This document shows positions 9,443 through 17,774 of a DNA stretch of 64,000 bases, in pieces. The notes under the pieces are model-generated. The model worked only from the letters and a program-made list of their open reading frames with translations, was not told the origin of the DNA and did not search any database. Both the position numbers and the translations under genes were made by a program. This DNA is from Actinomycetota bacterium (lineage in GTDB: Bacteria; Actinomycetota; Geothermincolia; Fen-727; Anoxymicrobiaceae), in NCBI GenBank assembly GCA_043807425.1, contig JAZDFZ010000067.1, positions 12,545 through 76,544 of the forward strand, given 5' to 3'. Position 1 is the first letter of the stretch. Each line of letters opens with the position of its first letter.

Positions 9443-11572
9443 CTAACTCGTGTTGTCGGCCCCGGATTTCGGATTGAACAGATACCTGTCGAACCACTTG
9501 ATGTCCTCGGTCAGCTTGCGCTTCTGATGGGAGCCCTGGACAGGGTCGTGGCCCTCCCCGGGGAAGATGAACAGCTCGACGGGTGCCCTACCATATTTCT
9601 GAAGGCCGCGATACGCCACCCACGTCATTCCGGGAGGCACGCTGACGTCGGTGTCCCCCTGGTACATGACCACCGGCGTCTTCACTTCACGCGCTTTGTA
9701 GAACGGCGCCATCGCGGGGTCCTTGTAGAGTCCCGGGTCTTCGATCGGGCTTGCCCCGAAGTAGTACTCGATAATGGAGTACCCCTCGATAGCGGCCCCC
9801 CAGAGCGATACCCACTCGCTTCCTCCCGCTCCACAGGATGCGGCCTTGAAGCGCTGGTCCCGGGCTATGAGCGCGTGCGAGAGGATGGAGCCGTTGGACC
9901 ACCCGAGCGTCCCGAGGCGGTTGCCGTCCACCATCCCGAGGCCCACCAGCCGAGTGATGGCGTTTTCCATGTCCTGGACAGGGTAGTCGTAGAAGTGCCC
10001 GTCACGGATGGAGCGGGCGAAATCCAGGCCGTACTCGCTACTCCCATGGTAGTTTGGTACAAGGACGAAGGCACCCTTCTGCGCCATCAACTGGAAAGGG
10101 TAGAGCGTGTACGTGCTGCTCTGCCATTCCGCCAGGTCGACGTGGAAGGGCCCGCCGTGGAGCATCAGCAGGAGCGGGTACGTCTTGCCCGGCTCATATC
10201 CGCTCGGATAGTAGAGGATTCCCTCGACCGGTTCACCCAGAGCTCCCTTCCAGGTTATGACCTCGTGTCTTACGAACTCCTTGCCGGACCAGCCCGGGTT
10301 GAGGTCCGTGAAGCGCCTGGGGTTTGTGATGGTCCCGGAGGCGATGCCGGCAACGTACATCTGGGGAGGGGTGCTGGGCGTCGAATGCAGGTAACAGATC
10401 CTCGTTCCGTCCTTCGAGACGTCGAACGAGAACATGCTTCCCTGGTGCTCACCCTCGAGCACCTTCCTGGTGAACGAGCCGCCCCCGCCCTCGTACGAGG
10501 CGACCTTGGGGTTGCAGCCGTTCGCGAGCATCACCATGAAACCGCCGGCGGACTGGAGCATGGCGGGGAGCCCACCCCCCGTCTGGGAATGGATCCCGCG
10601 GCTCCAGCCAAGGTCGACCTCGCTTTCCGCCCCGGAGCGGACGTCCAGGGCCTTCAGCGTTGTCGTGGTGGCCACAATGAGATCGTCCGGCGTATAGGCG
10701 TTCAGAACCCACACGGTACCGGAATCCGCGGACCAGGTGGCGCCTGAGACCGAACGGACGTCCGGCAGGACCTTCTTCTCAGTGCCGTTGGAAAGGTCCA
10801 CGAGATAGTTTAGATTTGGTATTTCCTGGTAGTACGCGTCCCCTCCTGCGGACGCCCTGGTCCGGACGGTGAAGGCTTTGCCGCCGTCCGGGGAGATCCA
10901 GAAAGCCGTTATCTGATCGTCGTTGCGGGTCAGCGGGACAACTTCCCCTCCACGGGCGTCCACCTGGAAGAGCCGCACCCTGTCGTCCGTCTCACGCGTG
11001 ACGTGGATGGTATCGTCCGTGTCATCGGCGCTCTCATCGAGCACCGGGGCCGTGAACGCCAGCGTGGAAGCGTCCCGCCAGGCGTGCGCGACGGCGCCTC
11101 CATCGACCGTCGTGATCTGGGTCGGTTCCCCGCCGGTCGCCGGGACCGTGAACAACTGGTTGGTCCCGTCGGGGGACGAGTCTATGAACGCGAATGCCGT
11201 CCCATCGGGAGACCACTTCGGAAGGCCCGCAACGAGGCCGGACGACGACATGACCTTCGTGCTCTGCAGGGTACCGAGGTCCGTGACGACTATCTCCCAG
11301 GAAGGGAGTCCACCATCCGGCGTGTAATACGCTTTCATCCACATCGCGCGCGAGGCGTCCGGCGACATGAAAGGACCGAACGGCAGGTCGGCGTACAGGA
11401 TATCGTCCGGCGTAAGGGCTTTATCCGTGGAGATCGCCGCCTGGGGTCTTCCGCTCGGGTCCTTGAGCGCCGGCGTGGCGCCGCACCCGGCGAAGACGGC
11501 GAGTGCCATAGTGGCCATGAGCGCGACGAGCATGAAGGAAACCGATTTCCGGAAAGAACCTGCCCTACTCAT
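9443..11572 (-). CDS. S9 family serine peptidase (prolyl oligopeptidase/acylaminoacyl peptidase-like) lipoprotein
   Basis: Lipoprotein signal MSRAGSFRKSVSFMLVALMATMALAVFAGCG. N-terminal beta-propeller-like region. C-terminal alpha/beta hydrolase domain with GWSNGS nucleophile elbow. ATG 11572 has AAAGGG SD. Confidence 0.8.
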   Translation of the reverse strand: MSRAGSFRKSVSFMLVALMATMALAVFAGCGATPALKDPSGRPQAAISTDKALTPDDILYADLPFGPFMSPDASRAMWMKAYYTPDGGLPSWEIVVTDLGTLQSTKVMSSSGLVAGLPKWSPDGTAFAFIDSSPDGTNQLFTVPATGGEPTQITTVDGGAVAHAWRDASTLAFTAPVLDESADDTDDTIHVTRETDDRVRLFQVDARGGEVVPLTRNDDQITAFWISPDGGKAFTVRTRASAGGDAYYQEIPNLNYLVDLSNGTEKKVLPDVRSVSGATWSADSGTVWVLNAYTPDDLIVATTTTLKALDVRSGAESEVDLGWSRGIHSQTGGGLPAMLQSAGGFMVMLANGCNPKVASYEGGGGSFTRKVLEGEHQGSMFSFDVSKDGTRICYLHSTPSTPPQMYVAGIASGTITNPRRFTDLNPGWSGKEFVRHEVITWKGALGEPVEGILYYPSGYEPGKTYPLLLMLHGGPFHVDLAEWQSSTYTLYPFQLMAQKGAFVLVPNYHGSSEYGLDFARSIRDGHFYDYPVQDMENAITRLVGLGMVDGNRLGTLGWSNGSILSHALIARDQRFKAASCGAGGSEWVSLWGAAIEGYSIIEYYFGASPIEDPGLYKDPAMAPFYKAREVKTPVVMYQGDTDVSVPPGMTWVAYRGLQKYGRAPVELFIFPGEGHDPVQGSHQKRKLTEDIKWFDRYLFNPKSGADNTS

Positions 11573-11769
11573 GGCTACCCTTTCATTGGTGGATGACTGA
11601 CGAATCATGAACGAATTCTAGCATCGGGTCCAGGAATGCGTCATTCACTCCCCCCGGACCCCCCGGCCACCCGCAATGTCACCCGGCAGGGAGGACGCGA
11701 AGCGAGGAGGCCAGAAATACGCTTTGTAAACAAACCTACTGCGCCCGTGTGAGATCGTGAGGGGGAGCG

Positions 11770-12888
11770 TTGACTGATACCGAGGAGCGGGCCCGGGCTG
11801 TAGCCAGGAGCGACTGGCTGGCGAGGTGGGGGAGAGACGCCTGGTACCTGATAGGCCTCATCGGCGTCCTGATCTTCTTCGTCTACCTGATGAACCGCGC
11901 CTACCAGATCGTCTGGCCCCTTGCGATCGCGGTCATGCTGGGTGTGGTGCTCTGGCCGATACCGGACTTCCTGCACCGCAAGCTGCGTTTCCCGCGGTGG
12001 CTGGGTGCGGCACTGACCATGATCCTGGTCCTCTGCGTCATCGTGCTCATCACCGGCGTGGTATCTTACGGGATTATCGCGGAGTCCGACGAGATAAGCG
12101 ATGAGGTCCAGAGCGGGGTGAACCAGGTCAAGGACTGGCTGGGCGACCTCGACCTGAGCGATTCGACGGTCGACTGGATCCAGCAGTCCGTCAGCAAGCT
12201 ATGGCCCTCACTGATAAGCGGGGTTACGAGCGTACTGACCGGCAGCCTGTCGGGCATAGCCTCCTTCCTCGTCGGCCTGATACTGGGACTCTTCATCCTG
12301 TTCTTCCTCCTCAACGACGACGGGACCATCAGCCGCTGGGTGATACGCAAGATGCCCGTCTCCGAGGGTAAGGCCAGGATGGTCTTCGACGATGTAGCGA
12401 CGTCCATCCGGGGCTACTGGAGCGGTACAACGATAATCGCGGCGGCCAACGCCCTGATGGTGCTGCCGGTACTCTTGATATTCCGGATGCCGCTCGTCGT
12501 CGCAGTCACCTTCATCATCTTCGTGACGGCCTATATCCCTTCGATAGGCGGCTACATCGGGGGCGCGTTCGCGGTGTTCATCGCGCTTGCCTCGAATGGG
12601 CTGACCGCCGCGCTCGTGATGCTGGTGGTGCTGATACTGATAAACAGCGTCTTCCAGCAGCCCATACAGGCGTATGCCTACCACCACACACTTGAGCTGC
12701 ACCCGCTGGTGGCGCTCATCACGACGGTCCTCGGCGCGATATTCGCGGGGCTGGTGGGGGCGATACTCGCCGTCCCCATCACTGCCGTGATCCTGAAGGT
12801 CAAGACCGACCTGCAGGCCGTGCAGTCGGGCGAGGAGGTCGGTGCCGGGCAGCCAGGTCCTGCCGAAGAGGGTGCGGTGCCGTCGTAA
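11770..12888 (+). CDS. AI-2E family transporter (PerM/YhhT-like)
   Basis: ~8 TM helices. Conserved C-terminal block PSIGGYIGGAFAVFIALA...LVMLVV typical of AI-2E/UPF0118 permeases. Start uncertain (TTG 11770). Confidence 0.75.
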   Translation: MTDTEERARAVARSDWLARWGRDAWYLIGLIGVLIFFVYLMNRAYQIVWPLAIAVMLGVVLWPIPDFLHRKLRFPRWLGAALTMILVLCVIVLITGVVSYGIIAESDEISDEVQSGVNQVKDWLGDLDLSDSTVDWIQQSVSKLWPSLISGVTSVLTGSLSGIASFLVGLILGLFILFFLLNDDGTISRWVIRKMPVSEGKARMVFDDVATSIRGYWSGTTIIAAANALMVLPVLLIFRMPLVVAVTFIIFVTAYIPSIGGYIGGAFAVFIALASNGLTAALVMLVVLILINSVFQQPIQAYAYHHTLELHPLVALITTVLGAIFAGLVGAILAVPITAVILKVKTDLQAVQSGEEVGAGQPGPAEEGAVPS

Positions 12889-12946
12889 GGCTACATGACC
12901 GGCCTGAGTCGTAGTAATCCCGGTCCCGTCTACGTTCCTGAGCATG

Positions 12947-12975
12947 TTGATGGTTCCGACTGTCAGTGATACAAT
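12947..12975 (+). promoter_or_regulatory. sigma-70-like promoter for the toxin-antitoxin pair (TTGATG-N17-TACAAT)
   Basis: -35 TTGATG at 12947-12952, a 17-nt spacer, then -10 TACAAT at 12970-12975. AGGAGG SD at 13001-13006, followed by ATG 13010. Confidence 0.5.
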
Positions 12976-13009
12976 GTCTATACATAGGTAGTACGGCTTC
13001 AGGAGGCTA

Positions 13010-13240
13010 ATGATGGTCAAGAAACTGACGAGGCACGGGAACAGCCTGGCGCTCGTGATGGACCGCGGGGTGCTCGACCTCCTCGACATCGACGCGGATA
13101 CGCCTCTCGATATCTCGACCGACGGAGAGGTGCTTATCATCGCTCCCGTAAGGGACGAGAAGCGGCGTCAGAAATTCGAGGAAGCCGTCAGAGAGACCAA
13201 CAGGAGGTACGGAAGAGCGCTCAAGAGACTGGCCGACTAG
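13010..13240 (+). CDS. AbrB/MazE/SpoVT-fold antitoxin (Phd-like partner of Doc)
   Basis: 76 aa. N-terminal KKLTRHGNSLALVMDRGVLDLL swapped-hairpin motif. Positioned directly upstream of, and overlapping, the doc gene. Confidence 0.7.
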   Translation: MMVKKLTRHGNSLALVMDRGVLDLLDIDADTPLDISTDGEVLIIAPVRDEKRRQKFEEAVRETNRRYGRALKRLAD

Positions 13241-13641
13241 TGTTCATGGAGCCGGTCTTTCTATCGCTCGGCGAGATCCTGGAGCTACACCAGGACCAGA
13301 TCGAACGATACGGCGGAAGCCCTGGAACGAGGGACACCGGAATCCTCCAGTCTGCCGCGGCCATGCCGCAGGCCGGGATCGCGGACAGGTATCTTCACGA
13401 AGACATCTTCGAGATGGCGGCGGCGTACCTGTACCACATAGTCAAGGATCATCCCTTCGTGGACGGCAACAAGCGGACCGGGGCGGTGGCGGCGATCGTG
13501 TTCCTCAAGATGAACGAAATCGATGTTACTGTCGACGTGGACGAACTGGAGAACATGGTGCGCTCGGTCGCCGAGGGGGTGCTCTCGAAGCAGGATGTAG
13601 CTTCATTCTTTCGCCGGGACGCTTCGGGGCAGTGTGATTGA
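13240..13641 (+). CDS. doc: Doc (death-on-curing) Fic-family toxin
   Basis: Fic/Doc motif HPFVDGNKRTG. 133 aa. Start overlaps the antitoxin stop (TAGTG). Confidence 0.85.
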   Translation: MFMEPVFLSLGEILELHQDQIERYGGSPGTRDTGILQSAAAMPQAGIADRYLHEDIFEMAAAYLYHIVKDHPFVDGNKRTGAVAAIVFLKMNEIDVTVDVDELENMVRSVAEGVLSKQDVASFFRRDASGQCD

Positions 13642-13687
13642 TACGCAATACACACCTTAGCAGCCGCCCGTTTGTATGATAATCTAT

Positions 13688-13702
13688 TGATAATAATTCT
13701 CA
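13688..13702 (+). promoter_or_regulatory. Fur/Zur-type 7-1-7 box TGATAATAATTCTCA upstream of zur
   Basis: Half-sites TGATAAT / TGAGAAT (reverse complement) around one central base. Lies in an AT-rich stretch 14 nt upstream of the zur ATG. Confidence 0.45.
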
Positions 13703-13715
13703 TGAATGGGATGTC

Positions 13716-14138
13716 ATGGAGCTTTCCAGGAGGCTGAGCAGCAGGGGATACCGCCGGACCCGGCAGCGGGACGCCGTGTTCGACGTACTGGCCGAGAACG
13801 CCGGGCGGCCGATGAAGGCCGAGGAGGTCCTCGTGCTTGCGAAAGAGAAAGCACCGGGCATAGGCATCGCGACGGTGTACCGTGCACTCGAGCTGTTTGT
13901 CGAGCTGGGTGTAGCCCAGCAGGTCCACCTGCACGAGAGGTCCCAGCACTACGAGGTGGATACCGGGCACCACCACCACTACATGGTCTGCGTGTCCTGC
14001 GGGTCACGCGAGCAACTCGACGCCTGTACGATCGACAAGCTCGAGGACATGATCAAAGACGAGACCGACTTCCTGGTCACCTCGCACTGCCTGGGTCTGT
14101 GGGGCTACTGCCCCTCCTGCCTTCCGGGCAAGGCCTGA
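13716..14138 (+). CDS. zur: Fur-family metalloregulator, probably Zur
   Basis: Fur-family HTH GIATVYRALELFVELG. HHHH/CxxC...CxxC metal sites. Immediately upstream of the znuACB genes. Confidence 0.75.
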   Translation: MELSRRLSSRGYRRTRQRDAVFDVLAENAGRPMKAEEVLVLAKEKAPGIGIATVYRALELFVELGVAQQVHLHERSQHYEVDTGHHHHYMVCVSCGSREQLDACTIDKLEDMIKDETDFLVTSHCLGLWGYCPSCLPGKA

Positions 14139-14156
14139 ACCGAGTCAGAGGAACGA

Positions 14157-15116
14157 GTGCGGATGTCTGGCTGGGGAATGATGATAATGTTTCTCAAAAA
14201 GTATCGGACCGCTGTATTGCCCGCGGTGGTCGTTCTCGCTGTCGTGACGCTGTCGATCCTCCCGGCCGGTTGTGGCGATCAGGATACATCGGGCAGGCTG
14301 AAGGTATCGGCATCCATCGTGCCTCTCGCCGACTTCTGCTCCCGTGTGGGAGGCGAGTATGTGGAGGTGCAGTGCCTGGTACCCCCGGGCGCTGGCTGCG
14401 GCCATACCTTCGATCCGACTCCCGGGAGCATGGATTTCCTGAGCAAGGCGGGTGTGTTCGTGGAGAACGGGTTGGGGCTCGAGTCATGGGCGACGGACGT
14501 TCTGTCGAAGATCACCCGGCCCGACGTGGTCAGGGTCGTGGCCGCCGAGGCCGTCCCCGCCGACCTGCTGCTGCCATCTGTGGAGGGTGAGCCCGGCCTC
14601 GAGGACCCGCACGTATGGCTCGATCCGTCACTGGCCGTCTACCAGGTCGAGGCCATCAGGGACGGGCTCATCGAGGCCGACCCTTCGAACGCCGAGGCTT
14701 ACGAGCGCAACGCCGCGGAGTATATCGAGGAGCTGAAGGGGTTGGACGTGGAGCTTAGAAGAGAGCTCGAGCAGGTCAAGGGCGCGTCGTTCATCTCCAC
14801 ACACCCGACCTGGACCTACTTTGCGCCGCACTTCGGCCTGGTCCAGGTAGGCGAGGTGGAGGAGCTCCCCGGCAAGGAGCCGAGCGCGCGCCAGATCGCC
14901 GAGCTTATGGGAAAGGTGAAGGAGTTCGACGTGAAGGCGGTCTTCGCCGAGCCGCAGCTCGGTCCAAGGGCGCTGGAGATAATCGCGAAGGACGCGGGAC
15001 CCGGCGTGAAGGTCGCGACGGTGGACCCGGTTGGAGACCCGGATAACCCGGAGGTCAGTGACTACATCAAGATGATGCGTTTCGACGCTGGAGTGATGAG
15101 CGAGGCCCTCGAGTGA
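14157..15116 (+). CDS. znuA: metal (zinc) ABC transporter substrate-binding lipoprotein ZnuA/TroA family
   Basis: Lipoprotein signal ending LSILPAGCG. TroA-like periplasmic binding protein pattern. True start may be an internal ATG at 14163 or 14178. Confidence 0.8.
   Translation: MRMSGWGMMIMFLKKYRTAVLPAVVVLAVVTLSILPAGCGDQDTSGRLKVSASIVPLADFCSRVGGEYVEVQCLVPPGAGCGHTFDPTPGSMDFLSKAGVFVENGLGLESWATDVLSKITRPDVVRVVAAEAVPADLLLPSVEGEPGLEDPHVWLDPSLAVYQVEAIRDGLIEADPSNAEAYERNAAEYIEELKGLDVELRRELEQVKGASFISTHPTWTYFAPHFGLVQVGEVEELPGKEPSARQIAELMGKVKEFDVKAVFAEPQLGPRALEIIAKDAGPGVKVATVDPVGDPDNPEVSDYIKMMRFDAGVMSEALE
14182..14196 (+). promoter_or_regulatory. second Fur/Zur-type box TGATAATGTTTCTCA overlapping the znuA start region
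   Basis: Same 7-1-7 pattern as 13688-13702. Overlaps candidate znuA start codons ATG 14178/14181/14187. Confidence 0.4.
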
Positions 15117-15928
15117 GCAGGCAGTGCAGGGTCGCCGAGTACTTCGACGGATCAGCCGGCGAGCGCGGGCCGCTCATCGAGCTTGACCACGTGAACGTGT
15201 CCATGTCCGGTTACCCGGTCCTCGAAGACATCACCTTCACACTGGGCGAGAGGACGTTTCTTGGGGTGGTGGGCCCGAACGGCGCGGGAAAGACCACGCT
15301 GCTCAGGGTGATGCTGGGACTCATAGCGCCCGATAGCGGAACCGTCCGGGTGATGGGGATGGGTCCCCGGGAGCTCAAGCACGAGCTGCACCACATCGGG
15401 TACATGCCGCAGACAGTTCTGTTCGACCCGACGTTCCCGGTGTCCGTGTTCGACGTGGTGATGATGGGTCGAAGCTGCTGTATCGGTGTGCTCCGGTTCC
15501 CGGGCAGGGCCGACCGCGCGGCGGTACAGGACGGCATAGAGCTGGTCGGGTTGAAGGGCCTGGAGAAGCGGCCCATCGGCGAGCTCTCCGGCGGCCAGCA
15601 GAAGCGGGCATTCCTGGCCAGGGCGCTTTGCCGCGAGACCCGCATCCTGTTCCTCGACGAGCCCACCAGCGGGCTTGACCTGCCCGCCCAGGAGCAGTTC
15701 ATGGACCTCCTCACGCGGCTGAAGGAGGAGATGGGGCTCTCCGTCATCTTCGTGTCGCACGACGTGCAGACGCTGGCGCGGTACTCCGACGACATGATCT
15801 GCATAAACCACACCATGCACCTGCACGGGCGGCCCTCCGATGTCGTCGGGAGCAATCGCCTGAAGGAAGCGTACCGTTGCGAGTTCGACTTCCTCGTTGG
15901 CGGCGGCGAGCACACCGGGGGTCGGTGA
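15113..15928 (+). CDS. znuC: metal ABC transporter ATP-binding protein
   Basis: Walker A GPNGAGKTT, ABC signature LSGGQQKR, Walker B ILFLDEP. GTG start overlaps the znuA stop (GTGA). Confidence 0.85.
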   Translation: MSRQCRVAEYFDGSAGERGPLIELDHVNVSMSGYPVLEDITFTLGERTFLGVVGPNGAGKTTLLRVMLGLIAPDSGTVRVMGMGPRELKHELHHIGYMPQTVLFDPTFPVSVFDVVMMGRSCCIGVLRFPGRADRAAVQDGIELVGLKGLEKRPIGELSGGQQKRAFLARALCRETRILFLDEPTSGLDLPAQEQFMDLLTRLKEEMGLSVIFVSHDVQTLARYSDDMICINHTMHLHGRPSDVVGSNRLKEAYRCEFDFLVGGGEHTGGR

Positions 15929-16752
15929 TGCTGGTACACGGCTTCATGCAGCGGGCGCTGGTCGGAGGGCTCATAGTCGCCGTTGTATGCGCTGTCTTTT
16001 CCTTCTTCGTGAACGTGAGGCGCCTCGCCTTCGCCGGGGAGGGGATAGCACACGCGGCGTTCGGCGGGGTCGCGATCGGCATCCTGGCGGGTATCAACAC
16101 GCTGGTAGCCGCGGCCGTATTCTGCGTGCTGGTCGCCGTCGGCATCGGCTGGTTCTCGCGAAAGGGGAAGATCCACGAGGACACCGTGATAGGCATTCTC
16201 TTCTCCGCTTCGATGGCGCTGGGCGTGGTCCTGGTCTCACTGGCACACGCCTACAACGTCGACCTGATGAGCTACCTGTTCGGCAGCATCCTGGCCCTTG
16301 ACTGGAGCGACGTCGTAGTGCTCGCGGTAGTCGGCGTGTTGGCGGTGGCTTTCGTCGCCCTTTTCTTCAAGGAGCTTCTATTCACGGTCTTTGACGAGGA
16401 GACGGCAACGGCGAGCGGCATCCCCATCAGGTTCGCCTACTACGGGCTGCTCATCGCGATAGCCCTGGTCATCGTAGTCTCCATCAAGCTGATCGGAATA
16501 ATCCTGGTTTCGGCGCTGCTCGTCGTACCGGGCGCGGCGGGCATGCAGCTCGCGCGGAACTACAGGGGCGTGATGGTGGCCTCTCTCGTATCCGCGGTGA
16601 CCGCGGTCGTCGTTGGCCTGGTGCTATCCTACAACTACGACCTGGCCTCGGGCGCCTCGATAGTCCTGGTCCTGGTCGGGCTGTTCCTGCTCGCCCTGGC
16701 TTTTTCCCCCCGGAGGTCGTACGTCAGAAGGGTGTTCCACAGTGAGAACTAA
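15928..16752 (+). CDS. znuB: metal ABC transporter permease
   Basis: ~8 TM helices typical of the ZnuB/TroCD family. ATG overlaps the znuC stop (ATGA). Confidence 0.8.
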   Translation: MLVHGFMQRALVGGLIVAVVCAVFSFFVNVRRLAFAGEGIAHAAFGGVAIGILAGINTLVAAAVFCVLVAVGIGWFSRKGKIHEDTVIGILFSASMALGVVLVSLAHAYNVDLMSYLFGSILALDWSDVVVLAVVGVLAVAFVALFFKELLFTVFDEETATASGIPIRFAYYGLLIAIALVIVVSIKLIGIILVSALLVVPGAAGMQLARNYRGVMVASLVSAVTAVVVGLVLSYNYDLASGASIVLVLVGLFLLALAFSPRRSYVRRVFHSEN

Positions 16753-16905
16753 CCTCAACCATCTTTTCCCACCGAGTGAGGATTAACCTCCGCCGCATTC
16801 TCCAACCAGATTAATAACTGCCTGGACATAGACCTGGAAACAATCGTTGAGGTATTTTCCAACCAACGTTCGATGGGAAATAATGGTTGAGGTGTTTTCT
16901 CATCA
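16742..16905. repeat. MITE/REP-like palindromic element, copy A, abutting the znuB stop codon
   Basis: ACCTCAACCATCTTTTCCC (16752-16770) is an inverted repeat of GGGAAATAATGGTTGAGGT (16875-16893), with a third internal GTTGAGGT copy. It is homologous to the reverse complement of 51048-51164: GTGAGAA[CT]T[AG]ACCTCAACCATCTTTTCCCA and GGGAAATAATGGTTGAGGTG match almost perfectly. Confidence 0.6.
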
Positions 16906-16920
16906 AGAGGGGGGCGAGAT

Positions 16921-17730
16921 ATGGCGCTTGGCAGGGAACCGGGGGGTTATATCGACAGGGGAAGCGGGGCCCCGGTGGTCATGCTCCCGGGCGCCGAGGG
17001 TTGCAAGGAGTACTGGCACTTTCAGGTGGACGCGCTCAGTCCCGGGTACCGCGCGGTGGCGATGGACCACGTGGTGCGCAGGCCATCCTTCTCCAGCACG
17101 ATGGAGGACTACGCCAGGCATGTGCTGGAGACGATGGATTCCCTGGGAATAGAGAAGGCCGTCGTTGTGGGGGAGTCGTTCGGCGGGATGGTGACCCAGC
17201 AGATCGCCATCGACCACCCGGAGCGCACGCTCGCAGTCGCGCTGTGCAACACGCTCGACAGGCCACGCGGGGACTCGATCGGCTTCAACCTCTTCACCCT
17301 GTCCACCCTGGTGGCCATGTCGATGAACCTGCCGATCATCCCTCTCGAGACCAGGAAGAGGATCCTGATGTGGGCGGGAAAACACAGCGCGCTCGTATAC
17401 GACGGGACACCCGGCAACGCCGACCTGGTGGATTACTTCACAGGCTGCGGCCTGGCACAGGGATACATCGCCCAGGTGGACAGGTTCTTCGCGATAAAGA
17501 ACGCGCGTTTCACCGAGCGGCTGCGCGAGATCCGGGTGCCGACCCTGGTGATGCACGGCTCGGAGGACAGGGCCGCGACAGGGAACACAGCCGCCGAGAT
17601 CGCGGGCAGGATACCCAGGGCCGAGATCGCGCTCATAGAGGGTGCCGGCCACTGCCACCACCAGACCATGCCCCAGGAGACCAACGCCGTTCTGCTGGAG
17701 TGGCTGTCGCGCGTAACCACCGGCGGGTGA
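16921..17730 (+). CDS. alpha/beta-fold hydrolase
   Basis: Nucleophile elbow GESFGG. HG oxyanion region VVMLPGAEG. C-terminal His region GAGHCHH. GAGGGGGG SD 6 nt upstream. Confidence 0.75.
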   Translation: MALGREPGGYIDRGSGAPVVMLPGAEGCKEYWHFQVDALSPGYRAVAMDHVVRRPSFSSTMEDYARHVLETMDSLGIEKAVVVGESFGGMVTQQIAIDHPERTLAVALCNTLDRPRGDSIGFNLFTLSTLVAMSMNLPIIPLETRKRILMWAGKHSALVYDGTPGNADLVDYFTGCGLAQGYIAQVDRFFAIKNARFTERLREIRVPTLVMHGSEDRAATGNTAAEIAGRIPRAEIALIEGAGHCHHQTMPQETNAVLLEWLSRVTTGG

Positions 17731-17743
17731 GCGAGCGGACATC

Positions 17744-17770
17744 TAACAAAAGGGTCTGACCCTTTTGTTA
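17744..17770. terminator. bidirectional intrinsic terminator (perfect 13-1-13 palindrome TAACAAAAGGGTC t GACCCTTTTGTTA)
   Basis: Sits between convergent genes, 14 nt after the hydrolase stop and 5 nt before the flavoprotein stop. An A-tract on one side and a T-tract on the other allow termination in both directions. Confidence 0.7.
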
Positions 17771-17774
17771 CATG

